Positions 1 through 9,360 of a stretch of DNA of 64,000 bases are shown here, piece after piece. The DNA lies in contig CDROCS010000506.1 in assembly GCA_977020255.1 (NCBI GenBank), forward strand, positions 1,054,001-1,118,000, written 5' to 3'. The DNA is from Obrimoposthia wandeli (Eukaryota). The notes beneath the pieces are model-generated. The model had not been told where the DNA came from, did not search any database, and saw only the letters and a list, made by a program, of their open reading frames with translations. Made by a program: the position numbers and the translations under genes. Position 1 is the stretch's first letter, and each line of letters starts with the position of its first letter.

Positions 1-1319
1 TATTTATTCTTCATATCATCGCCTGTGGCTTTCATGGTCTTAATCACCTGATCAAGTGATACCTTATGATCGCCAGCACCCATACGCGCCATACGCGAGG
101 CATTAATCGCTTTAACCGCACCAATGGCATTACGTTCAATACACGGTATCTGCACTAAGCCCGCGACAGGATCACAGGTTAAACCCAAATTATGCTCCAT
201 ACCAATTTCAGCAGCGTGTTCTACTTGCTCTAACGTACCGCCTCTGATGGCAGTCAATCCAGCGGCGGCCATAGAGCAAGCAACCCCGACTTCACCCTGA
301 CAGCCCACTTCAGCACCAGATATAGAGGCATTCTTCTTATATAAGGTACCAATCGCGGCGCAAGTAAGCAGATAGGTTTTAATTTTGTCTTCCGTTAACG
401 GACTAACAAATTGATCATAAAAATACATAACCGCAGGAATGATACCCGCTGCGCCATTGGTCGGTGCCGTTACCACACGCCCACCTGCTGCATTTTCTTC
501 ATTCACCGCCATGGCATACATGTTGACGAAGTCCATGCCGTGGAAAGTATCATCCTTCGCTTCTGGCGCTTGTAACTTTTCAAATAATCCAGGCGCGCGG
601 CGACGTACCTTTAAACCACCCGGTAAGATCCCTTCATTACGACAACCACGATGGATGCAATCGACCATGATGCTGTGTAGTTGCAATAGTTTCTCATCGA
701 TAACCGCATCGGTATTTAATTGGCGTTCATTTTCATACATCAACTTAGCAATCGACAGACCGTTGGCACGGCATGTAGTCAGTAACTCTTCGGCGCTATC
801 AAATTTATACTTGGGTGGTGTTTGCGCATTTTCTTCTAATGGTTTATCGATATGGTCATGATCCAGAATAAAACCGCCGCCAATAGAATAATAAGTCTTG
901 CTGAGTAAAATATCATCGCTACCTAATGCCGTGATGGTCATTGCATTACTGTGGTAGGACAACGTTTTGCGTTGATGCAATATGATATTTTCAAGACGTG
1001 TAAAAGGCACAAAACCAATATCAGCTAAGTTAATCCCCTGATCTACCTCGATGGTCGATAAGATAGATGGAACGAGCTCTGAATCGATGCGATCAGGTTC
1101 ATAACCGGCTAACCCTAAGATAACGGCAATATCACTGCCATGACCAACTCCTGTTTGCCCTAACGATCCAAACAAAGCAGCATTAATACTGACTATCGAT
1201 TGGCGATTATCGAGCGCTTTAAGGTGTTGTAAAAAGTCAAAGGCTGCACGCATAGGGCCTACAGTATGTGAGCTAGACGGTCCAATCCCAATACTAAACA
1301 TGTCAAAGGTACTGATCAT
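1..1319 (-). CDS. sdaA: L-serine dehydratase (Fe-S dependent), 3' end truncated by the window edge
   Basis: Not in the ORF track. Manual minus-strand translation from ATG 1319 gives MISTFDMFSIGIGPSSSHTVGPMRAA, the typical SdaA N-terminus. The frame at the window edge reads MKATGDDMKNK, matching the SdaA C-terminal region. Confidence 0.95.
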   Translation of the reverse strand, partial: MISTFDMFSIGIGPSSSHTVGPMRAAFDFLQHLKALDNRQSIVSINAALFGSLGQTGVGHGSDIAVILGLAGYEPDRIDSELVPSILSTIEVDQGINLADIGFVPFTRLENIILHQRKTLSYHSNAMTITALGSDDILLSKTYYSIGGGFILDHDHIDKPLEENAQTPPKYKFDSAEELLTTCRANGLSIAKLMYENERQLNTDAVIDEKLLQLHSIMVDCIHRGCRNEGILPGGLKVRRRAPGLFEKLQAPEAKDDTFHGMDFVNMYAMAVNEENAAGGRVVTAPTNGAAGIIPAVMYFYDQFVSPLTEDKIKTYLLTCAAIGTLYKKNASISGAEVGCQGEVGVACSMAAAGLTAIRGGTLEQVEHAAEIGMEHNLGLTCDPVAGLVQIPCIERNAIGAVKAINASRMARMGAGDHKVSLDQVIKTMKATGDDMKNK

Positions 1320-1376
1320 AAAATGCTCCCTAATTAATGAATAAGACTTACTGTAGGTATAGCACATGATTGTTGA

Positions 1377-1410
1377 TGCAATTTTATTACTTTATTGAAA
1401 ATTTATTACG
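1377..1410. promoter_or_regulatory. Two adjacent HexR-like operator sites just upstream of sdaA
   Basis: TGCAATTTTATTACT (1377-1391) and TGAAAATTTATTACG (1396-1410) resemble the HexR palindrome TGTAATwwwATTACA, and hexR is the neighbouring gene. Confidence 0.6.
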
Positions 1411-1494
1411 ACCATAATTAGTTATAAACCTACATACACTCTGCCGATAAAGGCAGCATTCACGTTATGTTTGTGCTGTTTAAGCGATTTTAAG

Positions 1495-1509
1495 TGTAAT
1501 AAAATCACA
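1495..1509. promoter_or_regulatory. HexR-like operator
   Basis: TGTAATAAAATCACA, one mismatch from TGTAATAAAATTACA, in the sdaA/hexR divergent region. Confidence 0.7.
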
Positions 1510-1689
1510 AAAGGCCGCTTTACTATGCTAAAAATAATTAAAAAATGTAATAATAGTTCGACTTAGTTCATATTTTTTACATAATTGACGTAATAAATAT
1601 TCAGTAAGGTTTATAATGCCGCTATAGATTCGCATTTATCTTAATCACTTTCATCATGCGCCCATTGCGGAGCTTGCCAGGAAAATATC

Positions 1690-2538
1690 ATGAGTATGCT
1701 CGAAAAAATTATCCAAAATTTAGAAATATTCAGTAAGTCTGAAAAAAAGGTTGCTGATGTTATTCTAGAATCTCCGCAATCTGCAATTCATTCAAGTATC
1801 GCGACACTGGCTAAAGTGGCTGATGTAAGTGAGCCGACAGTAAACCGTTTTTGCCGTCGTTTAGATACCAAAGGTTACCCTGATTTTAAATTGCATTTAG
1901 CGCAAAGCTTGGCGAACGGTACGCCGTACGTAAACAGAAATGTTGAAGCAAATGATGGCCCTGAAGTTTACACTCAGAAAATATTTGAAACGACAATCGC
2001 TCACTTAGATTCAGCAAAAAATAGCTTAGATCCAGAAGTGATTAATAAAGCGGTTGATCTACTGATTCAATCAAAACAGATTTCATTCTTTGGTTTAGGT
2101 GCTTCCGCATCTGTTGCCCGTGATGCTGAAAACAAATTTTTCCGTTTTAATGTACCGGTTATTTGTTTTGACGACATTATGATGCAGCGCATGAGCGTGA
2201 TAAACAGCACTGAAGATTCAGTGGTAGTATTGTTCTCACACACAGGCCGAACTAAAAGTATGGTCGATGTAGCAAAACTAGCACGTGAAAATGATGCCAT
2301 CGTTATCGGCATCACAGCGCAAGACTCACCGCTAGCAGAATATTCGAATTTAGTTATCTCACTCGATGTACTCGAAGATACTGATGTGTACATGCCAATG
2401 GCATCACGCGTTGCGCAACTAGTATTAGTTGATGTACTCGCAACTGGGTTCACATTACGTCGCGGTGATAAATTCCGTGAGAACTTGAAAAAAGTGAAGT
2501 CAGCGATTAAAGATTCGCGTTTTAATAAAATAGATTAA
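1690..2538 (+). CDS. hexR: RpiR-family (HTH + SIS) regulator HexR
   Basis: SEKKVADVILESPQSAIHSSIATLAKVADVSEPTVNRFCRRLDTKGYPDFKLHLAQSLANGTPYV and the SIS domain match HexR/YebK. It lies directly upstream of pykA. Confidence 0.92.
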   Translation: MSMLEKIIQNLEIFSKSEKKVADVILESPQSAIHSSIATLAKVADVSEPTVNRFCRRLDTKGYPDFKLHLAQSLANGTPYVNRNVEANDGPEVYTQKIFETTIAHLDSAKNSLDPEVINKAVDLLIQSKQISFFGLGASASVARDAENKFFRFNVPVICFDDIMMQRMSVINSTEDSVVVLFSHTGRTKSMVDVAKLARENDAIVIGITAQDSPLAEYSNLVISLDVLEDTDVYMPMASRVAQLVLVDVLATGFTLRRGDKFRENLKKVKSAIKDSRFNKID

Positions 2539-2541
2539 TCT

Positions 2542-2570
2542 AAAATGGCCGCTGATATGTGGCCATTTTT
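2542..2570 (+). terminator. Intrinsic terminator-like hairpin between hexR and pykA
   Basis: AAAATGGCC-N10-GGCCATTTTT. Confidence 0.65.
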
Positions 2571-2624
2571 GTATCCCCCTATAAATAAGTAAATCAATCA
2601 TCTCATAATTCATATGGAGTCATT

Positions 2625-4061
2625 ATGTTACGTCGTACTAAAATTGTAACCACTTTAGGTCCAGCTACAGATCGTGATAATAATCTAGAAAAAATTATTC
2701 TTGCTGGTGCCAATATGGTACGTATGAACTTTTCTCATGGTAACGCCGAAGACCATATCAAACGCGCAGAAGATGTACGTGCGATTGCGAAAAAACATAA
2801 CAAACACGTGGCGATTTTAGGTGACCTTCAAGGCCCTAAAATCCGTGTATCTAAATTCGCTGAAGGTAAAATTCATTTAAACCTGGGTGACAAATTCTGC
2901 CTAGATGCAACATTTGATAAAACAGCTGGTACTAACCAGTGCGTAAGTATCGATTACCCAGAACTAGCAAGTGATGTATTCGCTGGTGATGTACTGCTAC
3001 TTGACGATGGTCGCGTACAATTAAAAGTAATCGAAATTAAAGGCCAACAGATCCACACTGAAGTAACAGTGGCAGGCCCATTATCAAATAATAAAGGCAT
3101 CAATAAGCAAGGCGGTGGTTTATCTGCTGAAGCGCTTACAGATAAAGACAAAGCAGACATTATTACAGCGGCAAAAATTGACGTTGATTTTGTTGCGGTA
3201 TCTTTCCCACGTAACGGCAGCGATATCAATTACGCACGTGAACTTGTACGTGCTGCTGGTTCAAATGCAAAAATCTGTGCCAAAGTAGAACGTGCAGAAA
3301 CAGTTGCAACAAAAGAAACAATGAAAGAAATCATCCTCGCATCAGATGCAATCATGGTTGCTCGTGGTGACCTAGGTGTTGAAATTGGTGATGCTGCATT
3401 GGTTGGTGTACAAAAATCACTAATCAACTTATCACGTAAATACAACCGTGTTGTGATCACGGCGACGCAAATGATGGAATCAATGATCACCAGCCCAATG
3501 CCAACACGTGCCGAAGTAATGGACGTGGCAAATGCGGTACTTGATGGTACAGATGCTGTAATGCTGTCTGCAGAGACTGCTGCGGGTGATTTCCCAGTAG
3601 AAACAGTTAAGGCTATGGCTGAAGTTTGTTTAGGCGCAGAGACGCATCCAAGCGTTAATGTATCTAATCACCGTATTGATTACACATTCGATTCAATTGA
3701 AGAAACAATTGCCATGTCGACTATGTATGCGGCGAACCACCTTACAGGTGTTAAAGCAATCGTGGCATTAAGTGAGTCAGGTACAACACCATTATTGATG
3801 TCACGCATCAGTTCAGGTTTACCTATCTTCTCATTGTCTCCACATCAGAAGACATTAAACGCAACAGCATTATACCGTGGTGTAACACCATTACAGTTTA
3901 ATACTGAAGGGTTATCACAAGAGCAAATCGTTGAAGGTACTTACGCGGTACTAAAAGAGACAGGCCAAGTTAAAGCAGGTGATATTATTTTGCTAACGCT
4001 AGGTGATAAAATGGATACGGTTGGTTCAACCAATACCAGCAAGATCCTAACAGTTAAATAA
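2625..4061 (+). CDS. pykA: Pyruvate kinase II
   Basis: [78 protein letters not shown]. Confidence 0.97.
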   Translation: MLRRTKIVTTLGPATDRDNNLEKIILAGANMVRMNFSHGNAEDHIKRAEDVRAIAKKHNKHVAILGDLQGPKIRVSKFAEGKIHLNLGDKFCLDATFDKTAGTNQCVSIDYPELASDVFAGDVLLLDDGRVQLKVIEIKGQQIHTEVTVAGPLSNNKGINKQGGGLSAEALTDKDKADIITAAKIDVDFVAVSFPRNGSDINYARELVRAAGSNAKICAKVERAETVATKETMKEIILASDAIMVARGDLGVEIGDAALVGVQKSLINLSRKYNRVVITATQMMESMITSPMPTRAEVMDVANAVLDGTDAVMLSAETAAGDFPVETVKAMAEVCLGAETHPSVNVSNHRIDYTFDSIEETIAMSTMYAANHLTGVKAIVALSESGTTPLLMSRISSGLPIFSLSPHQKTLNATALYRGVTPLQFNTEGLSQEQIVEGTYAVLKETGQVKAGDIILLTLGDKMDTVGSTNTSKILTVK

Positions 4062-4070
4062 ATCAGTTTA

Positions 4071-4136
4071 TCGACAAGTTAACGACGTAACTTTTTAAAT
4101 TGAGTTTAAATTGAATCAATGTCGTTAACTTGTTGA
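4071..4136. repeat. Long-loop inverted repeat 3' of pykA
   Basis: TCGACAAGTTAACGAC (4071-4086) pairs with GTCGTTAACTTGTTGA (4121-4136), 1 mismatch, 34-nt spacer. Confidence 0.85.
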
Positions 4137-4150
4137 AAACAGACAGACAT

Positions 4151-4188
4151 AAAAAAACCGAGGCTATTTTAAATAGTCTCGGTTTTTT
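4151..4188. terminator. Bidirectional intrinsic terminator (pykA / fadE)
   Basis: AAAAAAACCGAGGCTATTT-TA-AATAGTCTCGGTTTTTT between convergent genes. Confidence 0.85.
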
Positions 4189-4247
4189 ATGCTTTATTAA
4201 AAATCTAACCCGCAGGCTAGATTTTTAAGCTGTTGTTAATCGCTAGA

Positions 4248-6536
4248 TTAAGCAACTTTATCGTTTTTTGTTACAGCTGGAATGCCAGCAAACTCTTCTG
4301 GTGTGAATGAGTCAACGTTAATCGCAGCAAAACGTAATGCATCAGCAGCTAATAGCTCGTCTGCTTCAACTTGCGTAATAATACCTTTTTCAACAGCAAG
4401 TGGCGCAGCAACTTTTGCAGCTAACTTACGTGGCAATGTACCTTTCGATGCAGCAATCGCGATTTTCTTCTCGATAGGCTGTACTTTATACATAGCTTGG
4501 AACGCAGATTCCATGTCGTAGATAGCTGTGTTGGCATCATTCTCATCACCGATATAACAAAGGTGCGTTAGACGATCACGCGCTTCACTTGGTTTAAGTA
4601 ATACTTCACAGATTTCTTTTGAAATATCATCAGCAGGCATTTTGTAGTTGATACCGAATGGGAATACAACTGCTTTCAATGTACCAGCGATGCCTTTGTT
4701 ACCGAAGTTTTGGAAGAAACCAGTAAATGCTTTACCAATTTCAAACAAGTTACGTTCGATAGCCCAAGATAACATAGGTAGATCTTCAGCTTGACGACCT
4801 TGCTCTTCAAAATGTTTCAACGTCGCAGATGCAAGATACAAGTTACTTAGTACATCACCTAAACGTGCAGAAATCATTTCACGACGTTTCAAGTCACCAC
4901 CAAGTACCAACATAGATACGTCAGCACAAAGTGCTAATGCTTTACTCATACGCGTCAGTTGCTTGTAATATTTCTTCGTTGGACCTGATACTGGAGCAGA
5001 ATTTAATGCGCCGCCAGTAAGACCTTGACCTAATGCACCAAAGAAGTTTTTAGTACCAAAGCCGATGTGTTTGAATAACAACTCATCAAATTGCGCTAGA
5101 CCTTCTTTCTCATCTGGATTTGCAGCTGCTTGTAACTCACCAAGTACATATGGGTGACAACGTGTAGCGCCTTGACCAAAGATCATTAGGTTACGTGTAA
5201 GGATGTTTGCACCCTCAACTGTAATCGCAACTGGGATACCCCAATAAGCGTGTGCAAGGTAGTTTTTAGGACCACATTGGATACCACTACCCGCTTGAAT
5301 ATCAAGTGCATCATCAACAACAGTACGTGCCATTTCAGTCATATGATATTTAGAGATAGCCGTTACAATCGCAGGGCTTTGACCTAAGTCTAGGGCACCT
5401 GTTGTAAATTTACGTGCAGCTTCAAGTTGGTAAGTTAAACCACCGATACGCGCAAGCGACTCTTGCACACCTTCGAATTTACCAATTGATAGACCGAACT
5501 GTTTACGTACGAATGAGTAAGCACCCGTCATACGAGCAGTTAAATGACCACATGCTGTACCCAGTGCAGGTAAAGAAATACCACGACCAGCAGATAAACA
5601 TTCAACCAGCATACGCCAGCCTTTACCAACTTGATCAACACCACCGATAACCCATTCCATTGGAATGAATACGTCATCACCGTAAGTTGTGCCATTCATG
5701 AATGCAAGACCCATAGGGAAATGACGGTCACCGATTTCAACACCTTCGTGCGACGTTGGAATAAGTGCACAGGTAATACCGATATCAACGTTATCACCCA
5801 GTAGGCCATCAGGATCTTGCAGTTTAAATGCCAGACCTAGTACAGTAGCAACTGGTGCTAGAGTAATATAACGCTTGCTCCACGATACGCGGATACCAAG
5901 CGTTTCTTTACCTTCAAATTCTTCTTTAACTACGCGACCCATATCTGGGATACCGCCAGCATCAGAACCAGCTTCAGGACCTGTAAGTGCGAAACATGGT
6001 ACTTCAGTACCGTTTGCTAGACCTGGTAACCAGCGATCTTTTTCTGCTTGTGTACCGTAATGTGCAAGTAACTCGCCAGGACCTAATGAGTTAGGTACCA
6101 TTACCGTTACAGCCGTAGATAAACTACGTGTTGCAATCGTTGTTACAATTGTTGAGTTAGCGTAAGCAGAGAATGCTTTACCGCCGTACTCTGTTGGAAT
6201 GATAAGCGCAAAGAAACCGTTTGATTTAATGAAATCCCAAACTGGTTTTGGTAAATCACGGTCTTCATGAACGATTTTATAATCATCCAGCATACCCATT
6301 AATGTTTTAAGTTCGTTATCGATGAAGCTCTGTTCTGATTTACTTAACTTAGGTGTTGGGTAGCTAAGCATTTTATTCCAATCAGGGTTACCTGCGAATA
6401 AATCACCATCCCACCAAACACTACCAGATTCCATTGCTTCCTGCTCTGTTTGCGAAAGCGGTGGCAAGATCTTCTTAAACACTTTAAATAATGGTGCTGT
6501 GATATTATTTTTTCTAAATTCACTCATTGCGCTCAT
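4248..6536 (-). CDS. fadE: Long FadE-type acyl-CoA dehydrogenase
   Basis: LPPLSQTEQEAMESGSVWWDGDLFAGNPDW, VPNSLGPGELL, FALTGPEAGSDA, ITVEGANILTR. The start is uncertain (6560/6536/6527). Confidence 0.92.
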   Translation of the reverse strand: MSAMSEFRKNNITAPLFKVFKKILPPLSQTEQEAMESGSVWWDGDLFAGNPDWNKMLSYPTPKLSKSEQSFIDNELKTLMGMLDDYKIVHEDRDLPKPVWDFIKSNGFFALIIPTEYGGKAFSAYANSTIVTTIATRSLSTAVTVMVPNSLGPGELLAHYGTQAEKDRWLPGLANGTEVPCFALTGPEAGSDAGGIPDMGRVVKEEFEGKETLGIRVSWSKRYITLAPVATVLGLAFKLQDPDGLLGDNVDIGITCALIPTSHEGVEIGDRHFPMGLAFMNGTTYGDDVFIPMEWVIGGVDQVGKGWRMLVECLSAGRGISLPALGTACGHLTARMTGAYSFVRKQFGLSIGKFEGVQESLARIGGLTYQLEAARKFTTGALDLGQSPAIVTAISKYHMTEMARTVVDDALDIQAGSGIQCGPKNYLAHAYWGIPVAITVEGANILTRNLMIFGQGATRCHPYVLGELQAAANPDEKEGLAQFDELLFKHIGFGTKNFFGALGQGLTGGALNSAPVSGPTKKYYKQLTRMSKALALCADVSMLVLGGDLKRREMISARLGDVLSNLYLASATLKHFEEQGRQAEDLPMLSWAIERNLFEIGKAFTGFFQNFGNKGIAGTLKAVVFPFGINYKMPADDISKEICEVLLKPSEARDRLTHLCYIGDENDANTAIYDMESAFQAMYKVQPIEKKIAIAASKGTLPRKLAAKVAAPLAVEKGIITQVEADELLAADALRFAAINVDSFTPEEFAGIPAVTKNDKVA

Positions 6537-6601
6537 AACGATTTCCTTTTGTTTCATCATGTTGATGCTGTACTCACAACATCAAAATAACTGAATTGCA
6601 T

Positions 6602-7249
6602 CTACATGCTTGTAGTTTCTGTTGAGGTATTCATTCCTGATGCCAAATAAGGGATCACTTTTCGGATTAGCCCCTCGACATCAATATCTTGATTAAAATC
6701 TGCTTTAGCAATATCCATCAATGCGCCACTCGAACCCATCGTAAATACTGCCGTACCCAAGGTAAAATGTAATCGCCAGAATAGTTCTTGCGATGACAAC
6801 GCTGGGTTCGCTTTCAATAAAGCCTTAGTTATGTTTGCTAAGACTTCACCGTAATGCGTTGTTGTGTACCAACGTAAATGCCCTTGTTCATCGGTATAGC
6901 TTCGACCAAGCAATTGCATAAAGATCACGGTACCATTTTTACTTTGTTGTTCTAACGCTAATAGCGGATCAACAAAACTGTTAAACACATCTAATAACGA
7001 TGGCTTTTCAGCTTGCGTGCATAAGGCTGTTAATTTCTCATTCAGTAGGGGCATGAAGAGTTCGAGATGTCGGGCTATAACGGCCTGAATCAATTCTTTC
7101 TTAGAACCAAAATGATAATTAACTGATGCCAAATTCACACTTGCTCGTGTAGTTATCAAGCGTAAAGAAGTATCTGAAAACCCGTGTTCTGCGAACAAGC
7201 TTTCGGCTGCATCTAGAATGCGAGTTTTTGTATCCAACTTACTAACCAT
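6602..7249 (-). CDS. psrA: TetR-family fatty-acid-degradation regulator PsrA
   Basis: RILDAAESLFAEHGFSDTSLRLITTRASVNLASVNYHFGSKKELIQAV closely resembles the Pseudomonas PsrA N-terminus. It is upstream of fadE and has PsrA-like boxes in its promoter. Confidence 0.85.
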   Translation of the reverse strand: MVSKLDTKTRILDAAESLFAEHGFSDTSLRLITTRASVNLASVNYHFGSKKELIQAVIARHLELFMPLLNEKLTALCTQAEKPSLLDVFNSFVDPLLALEQQSKNGTVIFMQLLGRSYTDEQGHLRWYTTTHYGEVLANITKALLKANPALSSQELFWRLHFTLGTAVFTMGSSGALMDIAKADFNQDIDVEGLIRKVIPYLASGMNTSTETTSM

Positions 7250-7263
7250 AATTAACCCTTTTT

Positions 7264-7339
7264 AAACGAACGTTTTAAAATTACGTTCTGACGGACAAAA
7301 TGTCAACACAATGTAAACAAATGTTTGAAACAAATGTTT
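7264..7339 (-). promoter_or_regulatory. sigma70 promoter of psrA-fadE with three PsrA-like boxes
   Basis: On the minus strand, -35 TTGACA (7306-7301), a 17-bp spacer and -10 TAATTT (7283-7278). Boxes are AAACGAACGTTT (7264-7275) and AAACAAATGTTT (7315-7326 and 7328-7339). Confidence 0.75.
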
Positions 7340-7475
7340 TGAATTTGTCCTACTTCGCATTTTTATACGAATATTAAATTACAAATAACCATTAATGGGT
7401 AGCTACAGATGGGGTTAAGCAGATAAACACGAGCGCCGATATTTACCTTCTCTCTCCTAAAAATAGCACAGTTAA

Positions 7476-7515
7476 AATAAATAAAGCGCCAACCTAAGTT
7501 GCCGCTTTATTTATT
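7476..7515 (-). terminator. Terminator-like hairpin after the fumarase gene
   Basis: AATAAATAAAGCG-N14-CGCTTTATTTATT. Confidence 0.65.
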
Positions 7516-7554
7516 CTCAAACAATTTTTAAAACACTAATGCGTTATTCAAGCA

Positions 7555-9063
7555 CTATTCATTCAGTTTTATTTTCCAGATAGCTGGACCTTCAACATGG
7601 GCAGACACACCATTAGTATCAACCGCAACTGTCATTGGCATATCAACAACATCAAATTCGTAGATCGCTTCCATACCTAAGTCTTCAAAAGCAACAACAC
7701 GAGATTTCTTAATTGCTTTAGATACCAGGTAAGCAGCACCACCAACAGCCATTAAATAAACGGCCTTGTGTTTCTTGATACTTGCAACCGTTGCAGGACC
7801 ACGTTCTGATTTACCGATCATGCCTAATAAACCCGTCTGTTCTAACATAGTATCGGTAAACTTATCCATACGAGTTGCAGTTGTTGGACCAGCTGGACCG
7901 ACAACTTCATCACCCACAGCATCAACTGGGCCTACGTAGTAAATAAAGCGATTAGTGAAATCAACACCTTCAGGTAAACCTTCGCCTTTATCTAACATGT
8001 CTTTAATACGTTTATGTGCAGCGTCACGACCCGTTAAGATCTTACCTGATAATAGGACTGTTTCGCCTGTTTTCCATTCCAGTATCGATTCTGGCTTAAT
8101 GTCATTCACATTAACACGACGTACGCTATCGCTTACTTCCCATGTTACTTCTGGCCAATCTTCTAATTTCGGCACATGCAGTTCTGCAGGGCCTGAACCA
8201 TCAAGGATAAAATGGGTATGACGTGTTGCAGCGCAGTTCGGGATCATCACTACAGGTTTTGATGCAGCGTGTGTTGGACAAGATTTGATCTTAATATCCA
8301 ATACCGTTGCCATGCCGCCTAAACCTTGCGCGCCAATACCCAATTTATTAACACGGTCAAAAATATCTAAACGCATTTTTTCGTCAGTCGTTTCCGCGCC
8401 ACGTTCCATTAGCTCGTGAATATCAACTGGTTCCATTAATGACTCTTTAGCCATTACAGCTGCTTTTTCAGCTGTGCCGCCAATGCCTATACCTAACATA
8501 CCCGGTGGACACCAGCCTGCACCCATAGTCGGTACCGTTTTTTCAATCCACTCAGCTACGTCATCTGATGGATTTAACATCACCATCTTACTTTTGTTTT
8601 CAGAACCGCCGCCCTTAGCTGCGATCATCACTTCAACTTTCGCGCCAGGTACCATTTCTACGTGTACAACACCTGGAGTATTATCTTTGGTATTTTTACG
8701 CGCGCCAGCTGGATCAGCAACAATAGATGCGCGCAGTGGATTACCGGCAAAAGCGTAACCACGACGAATACCTTCATCCACCATTTCTTGTACAGTTTGA
8801 TCGGTTTCCCACTGCACGTTCATACCAATTTTAACGAAACAAGTAACAATACCTGTATCTTGGCAGATTGGACGTTTACCTTCCGCAGACATGCGAGAGT
8901 TAATTAGAATTTGCGCAATCGCATCTTTAGCGGCTTGGCTTTTTTCTGCGTTGTAGGCTTTTTCCATTGCTTGGATAAAATCAAGCGGATGGTAATATGA
9001 AATGTATTGTAGTGAATCTGCAATACTGTCGATAAAGTCCGCTTTACGGATAACTGTACTCAT
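7555..9063 (-). CDS. fumA: Class I (Fe-S) fumarate hydratase
   Basis: RPICQDTGIV, AKGGGSENKS, GAGWCPPG, IPNCAATRH, GPTTATRMDK. The ATG at 9063 follows an AAGGGAG RBS. Confidence 0.92.
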   Translation of the reverse strand: MSTVIRKADFIDSIADSLQYISYYHPLDFIQAMEKAYNAEKSQAAKDAIAQILINSRMSAEGKRPICQDTGIVTCFVKIGMNVQWETDQTVQEMVDEGIRRGYAFAGNPLRASIVADPAGARKNTKDNTPGVVHVEMVPGAKVEVMIAAKGGGSENKSKMVMLNPSDDVAEWIEKTVPTMGAGWCPPGMLGIGIGGTAEKAAVMAKESLMEPVDIHELMERGAETTDEKMRLDIFDRVNKLGIGAQGLGGMATVLDIKIKSCPTHAASKPVVMIPNCAATRHTHFILDGSGPAELHVPKLEDWPEVTWEVSDSVRRVNVNDIKPESILEWKTGETVLLSGKILTGRDAAHKRIKDMLDKGEGLPEGVDFTNRFIYYVGPVDAVGDEVVGPAGPTTATRMDKFTDTMLEQTGLLGMIGKSERGPATVASIKKHKAVYLMAVGGAAYLVSKAIKKSRVVAFEDLGMEAIYEFDVVDMPMTVAVDTNGVSAHVEGPAIWKIKLNE

Positions 9064-9360
9064 GGTCAACTCCCTTTTGCTTACTCACTGTGTTAACTGA
9101 TTATTATATTTATCATGATTAAGGCGCTATAACCGCCTCAACCTAGTTAACAATAAGATATGTGGTTCTCTGAATCTGCCTCTATCATACCTTTGCTGAT
9201 CACTTCTCTCCACTAAAAATGCGCTAAATCCATACTAAATAACAACAGCAGCACAACTTTATAGCAACACCGTTTTCGTTTAGTGCAGTATATCGTTCAA
9301 GATTAATCGCCCTAATTGTGATAATCTGCGCGCATCAAAATTTAGGGATATGCTGTACTA

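Noticed and set aside
439-861. 140-aa plus-strand ORF from the track
   Set aside because: It is the antisense shadow of sdaA, which is the real minus-strand gene and is missing from the track because it is truncated. The same applies to the many other short antisense or alternate-frame ORFs inside recognised genes (for example 2067-2453, 12491-12850, 22307-22723, 54470-54868).
1585-1617. TTGACG ... TATAAT as the hexR promoter
   Set aside because: The spacer is 21 bp, too long for sigma70, so it is not called as a promoter.
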